The notes: generated by a model from the sequence alone, not told the origin. A stretch of 64,000 nucleotides of DNA from Fimbriimonadaceae bacterium (GCA_046292875.1 JBKBQD010000008.1:17567-81566); one strand, 5' to 3'. Numbered from the stretch's first letter, positions 33,026 to 42,191 are shown. Translations and numbers: made by a program.

Positions 33026-34540
33026 CTATAGCCCATCCCATGCCGCACGGGCGGCACGGGCCGCGGTGCGCCGCAAACGAGGCGCCATATCGATGACGGA
33101 CTCCAAATCAAGATCGGGAATCGTGACGTCACCTGCCGCGGTCTGCACCGTCAAGTGGCAGAGGCGGAGCTGCCGCTGACCAGGGCTTTGCTGAATGCTG
33201 ACCACTTGGACCTTGTCGAGCGGAACCATGACGAACATCCGTCCCAGCACGCCGGACCGCAAGCCGATCATGTCGTCGTTGCGAAACCAGAACGTATTCC
33301 GGCAGCTGAGGTAAGTCGCCACAACGACCCCTGCGATCACCACGCAGGATTCCCAGCGATGCTCTGGCGGCAGAAATCGAAACACGGCCACGAGCCCTGA
33401 CACGACCGGAATCGCCAGAATGCGCAGCCGACGCTGAAATGCTTTCGAACTGATCGGAGCCCACGGCTGGGTGTCCAGCCGTGAGAGGGGCAAGAAGATG
33501 CGTGAGAATGCGGGAGCCTCACTGAGCGGCAAAAGCGGTGCAATGACGGCTGAACCAGCGGCTTCTTTGTCTTGGAAGGAGCCTGCGGTGCTAACCGTGA
33601 TTTGGCAAAGGCGAAGCATGCGCTGAATGACGGTCTGACGAATGCGCAGCATCTGCAGGCGCTGGAGCCGCACCACGCTTTCGACTTGGTTGATGAGCCC
33701 GTACTTGCGCCGGATGCGCCCATCAACGTCGCTCAGCGTGAAGTTGCTGTACGTAAGAAGGGCACTCGCCACAGAATAGATCCATCCGAGGAGTAGCAGT
33801 CCGACCAGCGCAAGTGCCACCCATTGCCAGTTCGTGCCGTTCGCCGAAGTGGTGCGCACCGTGGTGACGGCCGTCCGGATGAACTCCGTCGAGGATTGGG
33901 TCAAAAAGAAGATCACCGAAAATCCGGCCGCTACGATCACCCCCGCGCGGTTCTCGCTGGCACCCAACATGACCGTTTCCGTCATTCCGAGCTTGAACAG
34001 CTCCCTCTCACGAACCGGCGCGACGACCGGCGGCGCATCCTGCGGACTTTGCGGTTCCGTTTCAAGCACAAACTCTGGTGCGCCCGCTCGGCCGAGCGTG
34101 GTCAGTGCATGCTTCAGCCGGTCGGCCTCCTCGAGCGTGACCGCCGAAAACGTCACCTCGGCGCCCGTGCCCGAAGCGGTCTCGACCTCGACATCGGTCA
34201 AATGAAGGAGTCGATGGAGCCAGGAACGTTTCAGGTTGATGTTTTGAATCCGCTCAAGGGGAACCGTGCGATCCTGGCGATGCAGAATCCCGCTCTGGAC
34301 GCGGAGTTTGTCGCCTTCAATCCAATATCGGAACGAGATGTAGTGCAGAACCGCGGCAAAGACCGCAAAAAGGCCAAGGGCGGCAAAGAAGAACTCCATG
34401 GTGTCGCCGCGCCCCCCGATGAAGCGGAGGAAGACAAACAGCACGATCAGATAGAGAAATCGCCCAACGGTGGCGGCTAAAGCAAGAATGATCGTGCCCG
34501 GCGCCAACCGGCGCACGTCAGAGGGAGGCAGGTTGGTCAC
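33026..34540 (-). CDS. membrane protein with repeated bacterial PH (bPH_2) domains, YdbT-like
   Basis: 504 aa. Three repeats pair TM hairpins with a PH-like segment, in the YdbT architecture. It overlaps the upstream YdbS-like gene. Confidence 0.65.
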   Translation of the reverse strand: MTNLPPSDVRRLAPGTIILALAATVGRFLYLIVLFVFLRFIGGRGDTMEFFFAALGLFAVFAAVLHYISFRYWIEGDKLRVQSGILHRQDRTVPLERIQNINLKRSWLHRLLHLTDVEVETASGTGAEVTFSAVTLEEADRLKHALTTLGRAGAPEFVLETEPQSPQDAPPVVAPVRERELFKLGMTETVMLGASENRAGVIVAAGFSVIFFLTQSSTEFIRTAVTTVRTTSANGTNWQWVALALVGLLLLGWIYSVASALLTYSNFTLSDVDGRIRRKYGLINQVESVVRLQRLQMLRIRQTVIQRMLRLCQITVSTAGSFQDKEAAGSAVIAPLLPLSEAPAFSRIFLPLSRLDTQPWAPISSKAFQRRLRILAIPVVSGLVAVFRFLPPEHRWESCVVIAGVVVATYLSCRNTFWFRNDDMIGLRSGVLGRMFVMVPLDKVQVVSIQQSPGQRQLRLCHLTVQTAAGDVTIPDLDLESVIDMAPRLRRTAARAARAAWDGL

Positions 34541-35078
34541 CCAGCATCTCCTCCTTCAGCCCTGCGGCCGCGGCCTGTGAAAGTCCGGGGATGGAGAGTG
34601 TCGCCCCTACGCCTCCCGCCACGAAGACGCTCACCGAGCAGAGCCCCAACTTGCGCTGAAGCGGCCCGCTCGTGATGTCGAGGTGCTGAACCCGACGCCG
34701 AGGGATATAGACTTCGGTCCTCCAAAAGATGCCGCGCTTCACGCCGAGGTCATCGTCGGTGACGCGATACTTCCAACAATCGTAGCTGCGATTGACCAGG
34801 AGGTACGAGATCACGGCAACGAGGACGCTCGTCGCAAGAGCTCCTAAGGCAAAGTTCAAAAAGACGGTGCGCTCACCGCGGATGAAATACAGAACAAGCG
34901 GAACGATCCAAGCTGGCGCGAGCCATGCCGCGCTCAGAAGGGCATAAAATCGCCAAAGCCTCCTCACCATGGGGTCGAGGCTGAGCCAAACACCTGGCTC
35001 GGGACGATCGGAATGCTCCGGGCCAACGTCCAACTCTGGCGCGCCAAGGTCCACGATGTCCGAGAGGAAGTCGTTCAC
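34518..35078 (-). CDS. bPH_2 domain membrane protein, YdbS-like
   Basis: 186 aa with two TM helices followed by a PH-like segment (YRVTDDDLGVKRGIFWR). It is paired with the YdbT-like gene. Confidence 0.65.
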   Translation of the reverse strand: MNDFLSDIVDLGAPELDVGPEHSDRPEPGVWLSLDPMVRRLWRFYALLSAAWLAPAWIVPLVLYFIRGERTVFLNFALGALATSVLVAVISYLLVNRSYDCWKYRVTDDDLGVKRGIFWRTEVYIPRRRVQHLDITSGPLQRKLGLCSVSVFVAGGVGATLSIPGLSQAAAAGLKEEMLGDQPASL

Positions 35079-35152
35079 GTCGTCTCCGTACGTCCATACG
35101 CAGGACGCCGCGTTAACGATTCGAGGGAGGCCGGGGCGGTATCCTGCCCGCG

Positions 35153-36663
35153 ATGGCGACTGGCGGTTCTGCGACCCCGGCTTGGATTGCGATCTTTGGC
35201 GCGACCGGCGACCTGGCTCACCGAAAGCTGATTCCAGCGCTCTTCAATCTCTTTCTTGATCGGCGGCTGCCCAAGCGGCTCCGCATCTGTGGTGTCGGGC
35301 GTCGAGGCGATCGCGCGTGGATGGTGGAGTCGATGCGCGAGGCGGTCATCCAGCACTCGCGACGCGGCGCGCCCGACGATGTCGCATGGTCCAAGTTCGT
35401 CGAAAGCTTTGACTACATCACCGGCCCTTTCGACGCGGCCTCGACCTACGAGGAGATTGGGCGCCACATTGCCGCCTCGGAAAAAGAGTGGGGGGAGAGC
35501 GCGGTGCGCATCTATTACCTCTCCACGCCACCGGACCTCATCGAGCCGATCATTCATGGGCTCGGCGACGTGGGATTGGCGGAAGACGCCAAGCGGGACC
35601 GCGTCGTGATCGAGAAACCGTTTGGACATGATTTGGCCTCCGCTGAATCGCTCAACCGGGTCGTGTCGAGCGTCTTCGATGAGCCTCAGGTGTATCGCAT
35701 CGACCACTACCTGGGCAAAGAGACGGTGCAAAACATCCTGGCTTTTCGCTTTGGCAATGCCCTTTGGGAGCCCATCTGGAACCGCCGCTATGTGGACCAC
35801 GTGCAGATCACCGTCGACGAGGATGGGGGCGTTGGGAGCCGCGGCGGATACTACGAAGACGCAGGCGCCCGCGCGACATGCTGCAGAACCATCTCCTCCA
35901 ACTGCTCTGCATGGTCGCCATGGAGCCGCCCGTGTCGTTCCGAGCAGAGGAGGTCCGCAACCGCAAGGTGGACGTCCTCAAGGCGGTGCGTCCGATTCCG
36001 CCTGCTGAGATTGGCCGCTACGCCGTCCGCGGTCAGTATGGCCCCGGCTGGGTCCGCGGCGAGCGAGTCCCGGGCTACCGCCAAGAGCAGGGCGTCGATC
36101 CAAAGTCAACGACCGAGACCTATGCCGCCATGAAGCTGCAGATTGACAATTGGCGCTGGCAGGATGTCCCCTTCTATCTGCGCACCGGCAAGCGCATGGC
36201 AGCCAAGGTGAGCAGCATTTCCATCCAGTTCAAGCCGGCCCCGCTGCAGCTGTTTCCGTCGGTTTCCGCCGAAGCCTGGGAACCGAATCGTCTGGTCATG
36301 GAGCTTCAGCCCAAAGAGGAGATCACCCTGCGGTTCCAAGCCAAGCGTCCCGGGCGAGGGATGACGCTGGAGACGGTTGGCCTCAGTTTTTGCTACGCCG
36401 AGTCGTTCAAGGTGCAGCCGCCAGAGGCATACGAAACTTTGCTCGCCGACGTGATCGCCGGAGATGGCACCCTCTTCATGCGGGCCGACCAAGAGACCGA
36501 AGCCTGGAAGATCGTCTCGCCGGTACTCGAGGCATGGGCCGAACATCCCCCCAGCGACTTTCCTAACTACCCCGCGGGATCGTGGGGTCCCGAAGCAGGC
36601 GAGGCGCTCATCGCGCGGGACGGTCGGGCATGGCATGCCCTTCTGCAGGAGGAGGAGCGGTGA
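35153..36663 (+). pseudogene. zwf: glucose-6-phosphate dehydrogenase, reading frame broken by an apparent 1-nt deletion near 35870
   Basis: The N-terminal ORF (35153-) carries [12 protein letters not shown] and RIDHYLGKE. The C-terminal part (to 36663), in another frame, carries [10 protein letters not shown]. The junction GYYEDAGA|xRDMLQNH has only 2 nt (35870-35871) where one codon is expected. Confidence 0.85.
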
Positions 36664-37379
36664 TAGGCCCCATCTATCTCGGCGAAGACCCCACCGAAGT
36701 CGCCGAGTTTGTTGCCTTGCGGTTGGCTTCCATTGCCGTGCGATGCGCCCGCGACGAAGGCCTCTGCCGCATTGCTCTGAGCGGCGGATCCACCGCGCTG
36801 ACACTTCTTGACGTCCTTGCGGACCGTCCGTTTCGCGACCATATGCCGTGGGGCCAGATCATCCTGTTTCAAGTGGATGATCGCGTGGTCGAGCCGGACA
36901 GCAACGGATCCAATGCCAAGGCCGTCCGCGAGCGCCTGCTGGAGCCGCTCGGTGACCGCTCCCCGGTCTTCCACCCGATGGTGCTCGACCCTTCCGATGC
37001 GTCGGCAGCCAAATCCTACGAGAGATTGATCAAGGAGATCGGCCCGATCGATGTCGCCGTCATGGGGATGGGCGAGGATGGGCACACCGCGTCGCTGTTT
37101 CCCGGGTTTGAGTCGGAGTGGACCGAGACAAAGTCGCGAGTCCTTTTCACGTCGGGACCGCCGCCCTATCCGCGGCGCATCACGCTCAGTCCCATGACGC
37201 TGGCCAAGACCGGACGTTTATTGTTTATGGTGACCGGAAAGACGAAAGGCCCGGCCCTCGCCAACCCCGACACCGTCGCCGCCCGCGTTTCTTTCGTGGC
37301 GCAGAAAGCCGAATGGTGGCTCGACGAAGCGGCGTATGCGTCGATGCAGTCTTGTGTCCGCGCGGACGCCCCGGCGTAA
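36660..37379 (+). CDS. pgl: 6-phosphogluconolactonase
   Basis: The GTG at 36660 overlaps the zwf stop (GTGA). It has ALSGGST and MGMGEDGHTASLFP motifs. Confidence 0.85.
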   Translation: MIGPIYLGEDPTEVAEFVALRLASIAVRCARDEGLCRIALSGGSTALTLLDVLADRPFRDHMPWGQIILFQVDDRVVEPDSNGSNAKAVRERLLEPLGDRSPVFHPMVLDPSDASAAKSYERLIKEIGPIDVAVMGMGEDGHTASLFPGFESEWTETKSRVLFTSGPPPYPRRITLSPMTLAKTGRLLFMVTGKTKGPALANPDTVAARVSFVAQKAEWWLDEAAYASMQSCVRADAPA

Positions 37380-37715
37380 CGCCCTCTCAACGCCGGGCGG
37401 GCGACACTCGTTACGTTCGCGATCGGCTATTGGCTGTTCCGCTCTCCCTCGCTCTTACCTCTTTTCCGAACGTGGAGATGGAGGGTAATGCGGGAAGGCG
37501 GTTGAGCGGGAGTCAGGCACAGGCACCGCATCAAAGTCCATGTCGCGGACGTGTTCTTGCGACAAACGATCGAACTCAAGGAGGTTGAGGAAAACACCTG
37601 TCGGACGTCCTTCGCGCACTCCCGCTAGGGCTGCATCGACCTCGAAGACAGATCGCTTCCACCCTTCAGAGCCTTTAAAGCGTGACCCATACGTCCGGAA
37701 TGGACAGTCAAGAGG

Positions 37716-37762
37716 TGGTGGGCGGTACAGGACTTGAACCTGTGACCCCTACAGTGTCATTG
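37716..37762 (-). repeat. orphan 47-nt copy of the 3' end of tRNA-Val(GAC); distal att-type direct repeat
   Basis: TGGTGGGCGGTACAGGACTTGAACCTGTGACCCCTACAGTGTCATTG is identical base for base to 42518-42564. No 5' half of a tRNA follows it. Confidence 0.9.
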
Positions 37763-37940
37763 GCCAAAAACCCGCCTCGCAAGTTCAAGCACAGACTCAA
37801 AAAGGTCTAGGTTGCAGCCATTTAGTTGGTGAACTTCGGATCATAAGTTGACGAGCAAGTTGCTTGTCTGAGCTCGGGAGCAGAGCGCTGCGTCGGGCTC
37901 TGGTTTGGTTCCGGGGCACTGAAGCAAATGGATAGGACGG

Positions 37941-38552
37941 TCAATAAACGAAGCCCCCGCCGTCGACTCCATTCTCGGTTGAGTAATTGTTTGCGCTGCC
38001 ACTGATTGCCGCCTCCAGGGCGGGCCACAGATAGTCGTTTCGGCCCCAAGATGGATCAACAATCTCGACAGACCAGCACGTCGCCAGATCGCGGCTGACG
38101 CTTGGGTGAAGTGCTTCATAGTCTTCAATACCGAAGCCCCCGCCCAGCCAAAGGCAAGGCTCCTTATTCTCGTTCACGCAGCCCACAAGCCGCAAGTAAC
38201 GGGGGTCCATCACGGGCCAGACAAAGGTGATCAAGTCGTATTCAAGCCCAAGACAGTAGAGTCGCATGGCAAGGTTCTCCCGCGCTGCGCCCGAGACGAA
38301 CGCTCGCTGTTTCCAAGATTCTCCGGTATCTCCAGGCTGCGAACAGTCCGTTAGGAACCCCGCTCTGTTCGCCTTTGCCAATAGGGCAGCCAGACCGCCA
38401 GTCTCGTCGTCGATGGCGGTCTGAGTGAAACCATCGATTTTGCCCTCGAGAAACTGAGCAGTCAGTTCACAAAGGTCATCGAAGGATCGGACGTTCTCCC
38501 ACGGTGTGCCTTCGAAGTCGTACACGGTTGACATTCTATTCTGGTCCGACAA
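37941..38552 (-). CDS. hypothetical protein, DUF6919-like (recognised from memory only)
   Basis: 203 aa. The segment FDDLCELTAQFLEGKI...DDETGGLAALLAKANRAGFLTDCSQPG resembles a family of unknown function seen mainly in actinobacteria. It is divergent from the TIR-APAZ gene. Confidence 0.55.
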   Translation of the reverse strand: MSDQNRMSTVYDFEGTPWENVRSFDDLCELTAQFLEGKIDGFTQTAIDDETGGLAALLAKANRAGFLTDCSQPGDTGESWKQRAFVSGAARENLAMRLYCLGLEYDLITFVWPVMDPRYLRLVGCVNENKEPCLWLGGGFGIEDYEALHPSVSRDLATCWSVEIVDPSWGRNDYLWPALEAAISGSANNYSTENGVDGGGFVY

Positions 38553-38690
38553 CTCTTGTTGGAGGCAAGTCGCGAAATTGAAGCAGAATGATCGTAAGAG
38601 ATGTATAGCTGCGCCTCCAGGAAATCTGGCACGGTGACGTGGTAGTTACCAAGCTTGTCGTGCAGCAAATTGGGTAAACACTAGTGCGCC

Positions 38691-40013
38691 ATGATCTTCG
38701 TAAGTCATGCCAATCCAGAGGACAATCGCATCGCGCTGTGGCTCGCGACTAAGCTTGCAGCTGAAGGCTTTCCCGTGTGGTGCGATCTTATCGACCTAAT
38801 CGGGGGTGAGACCTTCTGGGGGGATATTGAAGACGCTATCAAGAACCACGCCGAGAAGGTTATCGTGCTGTTGTCGACATCTTCGGGCAAGCCCGGAGTC
38901 AAAGACGAGATAAATTGTGCAATTCAACGAGAGAGGCGCGAAAACCTCAAGGACTTCGTTATCCCGTGTCGAGTCGATGATGTAGCGTTCGATTCCAATA
39001 TCCAGATAGCTCGAAAGAACATCATAGATTGCCACGGCTTGGGCTGGGCTGAGACGCTTCGTCGAGTGCTCGCAAAGCTCGAAAAGGATGGGGTTGCAAA
39101 AGATCCCAAGGTGAACCCATCTTTGATCAATTCGGCGTGGAGTGCGCTCTTCCCGGCAGGCAGCGGTGTGACCGATGATCCTGAGCTCTATGACACGAAT
39201 CGGATTGCTATCAAGACCTTACCGAAGACGTTGTGGGCAAACGACGCCGGCGCCCCTGGAGCGGACGATTTTTTCCCCGTCACGGCTTCAGTTTTTGAAG
39301 GACGCCGGCTGAGCTTTCAAGCACGAAATCCACGAGCTTCCCTCTTCGGTAGAGACCCTGAGTTCATGCAACCGATGAACATCGAACTCGACGATTTCAT
39401 ACAAGGAGGTTGGGATGAGCTCGGGGTGGATTCGCGACGTGCGCGGCATGTGGTGGTGGAGTTACTCAGCAAATCATGGAGTCGATACCTTAGGGGTCGA
39501 AATCTAGAACCGTACGACTTATCCGGCTTTCGATCGATATTCTATTTTCACAAAGAGAATCTTCCAGCCGGCGAGGTCATAACCCAACTCCCGGAAAGAC
39601 CAGCGCGTCCTCGGAGCCTGTGGGGTGAGCATACAGTGCCCCGTAGCGCTAGACGCGAGAGTAGGTTCTATCACTTGGCTTGGGAGGGGCGGGTCGACGA
39701 TGATAATGGTTGGCATCTAATGTTGCTGCCGCACATCGTATGGACGTCCGATGCCCTTCGCGCTACATATGAAAAAGATGAGCAGCATCGGCTGAGGCGC
39801 AGGCAATGCAAGGGCTGGTGGAATGACCGATGGCGCGGTTTTCTCTACGCCACCCTCACCTGGGCAGCGGAGGGAAAGGAAACAATTGAGATTCCGGTCG
39901 GGGATCGTCAGACTATGACACTCGCCAATGCACCTTCGCGACTGCTCTCACCAGTGACACACGCCCGAGTCCAAGGAGTGCTGGAGGATGACGGCGAAAA
40001 CGCCGATGAGTGA
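38691..40013 (+). CDS. TIR-APAZ protein (SPARTA NADase effector subunit)
   Basis: 440 aa. The N-terminal TIR-like signature is MIFVSHANPEDNRIALWLATKLAAEGFPVWCD...EKVIVLLSTSS...VKDEINCA. About 300 aa follow with no enzymatic motif (APAZ-like). The stop overlaps the start of the downstream short pAgo. Confidence 0.85.
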   Translation: MIFVSHANPEDNRIALWLATKLAAEGFPVWCDLIDLIGGETFWGDIEDAIKNHAEKVIVLLSTSSGKPGVKDEINCAIQRERRENLKDFVIPCRVDDVAFDSNIQIARKNIIDCHGLGWAETLRRVLAKLEKDGVAKDPKVNPSLINSAWSALFPAGSGVTDDPELYDTNRIAIKTLPKTLWANDAGAPGADDFFPVTASVFEGRRLSFQARNPRASLFGRDPEFMQPMNIELDDFIQGGWDELGVDSRRARHVVVELLSKSWSRYLRGRNLEPYDLSGFRSIFYFHKENLPAGEVITQLPERPARPRSLWGEHTVPRSARRESRFYHLAWEGRVDDDNGWHLMLLPHIVWTSDALRATYEKDEQHRLRRRQCKGWWNDRWRGFLYATLTWAAEGKETIEIPVGDRQTMTLANAPSRLLSPVTHARVQGVLEDDGENADE

Positions 40014-41508
40014 CCTAATCTACATTCGGGAGCCTCGGTTGCTTTTCGCTCATGGCCAAGCGATGGAACACCCACGCGACGGGTTGGCCCTCTTTGGGCC
40101 ATACAAACAGGCGAAAGGGGGCATCCGGATTGGTTACGCTGGCCCCCATTCAGGGCTCAGGGTTGTGGAGAAGTTCCTGACCCGATTATCAAAACCGGTC
40201 AAGGTAGCAAAGGAGAAGGAACTGCGCGTCCCATTTCCAGGATTTGAAGCGGTCTTTGGGTGCCCGCTAGCGTCCGAACCGGTGGCGGCCGCGATTGTCA
40301 ATGATCAGAACCTCCTGAGCACCCTCACTATCAAGGAGCCGCACCAGCGCGTGCATAGCGCAGTGGGTCTCTATGTTGACGCCATACTGCATTGGATCAA
40401 CTCCAATGACGTCACTCCTGATCTCTGGATCGTGTTCGTCATTCCCGAAGTATTCAAGCACTGTCGACCGCTACAGGCAAGGCTTCGCTTGGATGATGCC
40501 GAAGTCCCTTTCTCGATCACCGCCAAACAAGCGCGGCTGTATTGCCAGGCTCCCTCCTTGTTTGAAGAAGATATGGTGCCGATGGCCGCGTTTGAATACG
40601 AACCCGACTTTCATAGCCAAATCAAGTTCCGCCTGCTAAAGGATCGAGTGGTAACTCAATTGTTGCGCGAGGAGACTACCCATCTTCTGCTCGACTACAA
40701 CTTCGATTCCTCTAAGCCGTCCGAGCAAACGCAAGCGAACGACTTGTCGTGGCGATTCTCGACCGCAATATACTACAAAGTACATGGAGCTCCGTGGAAG
40801 CTCGCAAATCTCCGATCCGGAGTGTGTTATCTCGGCTTAGTCTTCAAGAAAGCTCAAGGCAATGATGAACGGGCAGCCTGCTGCGCAGCACAGATGTTTC
40901 TTGATTCTGGGGACGGCGTTGTCTTCCGCGGCGCTGTCGGGCCTTGGTACAACCCCAAGCGACGTCAGTTTCACCTCACAACTGAAGCCGCATCAGAACT
41001 GTGCGCCCTCGCGGTGAATGCCTACGAAGAGGATTTCAAGCGACGTCCCAATGAACTCTTCATCCACGGCCGATCAGGATTCAACGACGAAGAGTGGGCT
41101 GGGTTCTTAGAAGGGGCTAAAGGTGTCGGCCATGTCGGAGCAGTGCGAATCAAAGACGCAGCCAAACTGCGGCTTTATGCCAATGGTTTACTAACCCCTC
41201 TTCGGGGATTGGCCTGGCAATCGGGCGAGCGGTCGGCAGCCCTGCTTACCCACGGGTTCGTTCCAAGGACCCAAACTTACGCAGGCAGCGAGGTCCCGGT
41301 CCCATTAGGTGTAGACGTCCTGCGGGGCGATTCATGCCTGCAAACTGTACTGTCGGATGTCTTGTCCCTCACCAAACTGAACTACAACTCCTGCAATTTC
41401 GGAGACGGATCTCCCGTGACATTGCGATTTGCAGACAACATTGGCGAGATACTTACTGCAGGAAAACAGCAGCACATTCCACCGTTGCCCTTTAAGCACT
41501 ACATCTGA
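40006..41508 (+). CDS. short prokaryotic Argonaute (MID-PIWI only), SPARTA sensor subunit
   Basis: About 500 aa. The N-terminus MSDLIYIREPRLLFAHGQ..RDGLALFGPY and the C-terminus PVTLRFADNIGEILTAG..PPLPFKHYI-stop match what I recall of SPARTA-type short pAgos. It is too short for N/PAZ domains. An alternative ATG lies at 39988. Confidence 0.85.
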   Translation: MSDLIYIREPRLLFAHGQAMEHPRDGLALFGPYKQAKGGIRIGYAGPHSGLRVVEKFLTRLSKPVKVAKEKELRVPFPGFEAVFGCPLASEPVAAAIVNDQNLLSTLTIKEPHQRVHSAVGLYVDAILHWINSNDVTPDLWIVFVIPEVFKHCRPLQARLRLDDAEVPFSITAKQARLYCQAPSLFEEDMVPMAAFEYEPDFHSQIKFRLLKDRVVTQLLREETTHLLLDYNFDSSKPSEQTQANDLSWRFSTAIYYKVHGAPWKLANLRSGVCYLGLVFKKAQGNDERAACCAAQMFLDSGDGVVFRGAVGPWYNPKRRQFHLTTEAASELCALAVNAYEEDFKRRPNELFIHGRSGFNDEEWAGFLEGAKGVGHVGAVRIKDAAKLRLYANGLLTPLRGLAWQSGERSAALLTHGFVPRTQTYAGSEVPVPLGVDVLRGDSCLQTVLSDVLSLTKLNYNSCNFGDGSPVTLRFADNIGEILTAGKQQHIPPLPFKHYI

Positions 41509-41642
41509 TTCAGTACAGACCGATGGAAACGCGTGCCGCAGAGACTGATGCAGGCGATCCATCGCGACCTAGGAATCGTATCCGGCCTTTACCCCGGCGA
41601 AACGGCCGCGTAGGGGCTTGAAGCAACGGTATCCTCAGCAGA

Positions 41643-42191
41643 ATGAACGCTGGCCCGCGAGAGGAGTCTAAAACTGCGGTAATCACGAGGGGCTACTGGG
41701 GTGAACAAGTAATGTCCTTGGTTCCAGATTCCGCAATGCCACTTTCTACAGAGGAATCTGAGTCGATCTCAATTGGATTTCCGGTTCCGTCCGAGAACCA
41801 GCCGACTCACCTAGATGACCATATATGCTACCACAATTCGAGGCAATTTGTGCTGAGTTATCCCGAAGAATTGTGGTATGTGGACGGATTTGCGGGCCTA
41901 GACATAGGCCCAACCAGTGGGCCCGATGGCAACCGCTATCCGACATACGATCTTGGGTTGCACGCCTGGTGTGTAAACAAATTGGCTCTGGTCGTTGACC
42001 CTTCCTGGAACCCTGACGGCAACTATTACATGGGGATTGCCATTCGTCGTCAGCTCGTCCGAGAACATCTGGACAGCAAGAACCAAAGAGGGGCAGTCCA
42101 TCAGAGCTATCTCAATGAATGGCACGAACTAACCAAAGAGGAGCGCTTGGCTATGAAGCAGGAACTCAAGGATTGGTGCGGAGCCACGTAA
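41643..42191 (+). CDS. hypothetical protein (islet cargo)
   Basis: 182 aa (or from M24 at 41712). I recognise no family. It contains LHAWCVNKLALVVDPSWNPDGNYY, which echoes a motif in the 37941-38552 protein. Confidence 0.45.
   Translation: MNAGPREESKTAVITRGYWGEQVMSLVPDSAMPLSTEESESISIGFPVPSENQPTHLDDHICYHNSRQFVLSYPEELWYVDGFAGLDIGPTSGPDGNRYPTYDLGLHAWCVNKLALVVDPSWNPDGNYYMGIAIRRQLVREHLDSKNQRGAVHQSYLNEWHELTKEERLAMKQELKDWCGAT

Noticed and set aside
35764-35870. N-terminal part of the second zwf ORF ([20 protein letters not shown]...) as an independent gene start
   Set aside because: This stretch is merely the out-of-frame reading of the zwf 5' half. Real G6PDH similarity in this frame begins only at RDMLQNH, after the frameshift point.
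37400-37715. Native intergenic stretch between pgl and the orphan tRNA fragment, with a possible 57-codon minus-strand ORF (..GVFLNLLEFDRLSQEHVRDMDFDAVPV..)
   Set aside because: It is below the ORF-track threshold, has only a GTG start with no clear Shine-Dalgarno, and I recognise no family. The evidence is too weak to call a gene or RNA.
37540-37737. 65-aa ORF ending ..GGGRYRT, matching the end of ORF 42339-42539 (..DGGRYRT)
   Set aside because: The shared ending is simply read-through into the 47-bp tRNA-Val repeat, not a conserved protein. The 37540 ORF has no other support.
38553-38690. Attempt to call -35/-10 promoter hexamers in the divergent region upstream of TIR-APAZ
   Set aside because: The candidate hexamers (TTGAAG, TTGTCG) lack convincing -10 partners at proper spacing, and the promoter consensus of this lineage is unknown to me.
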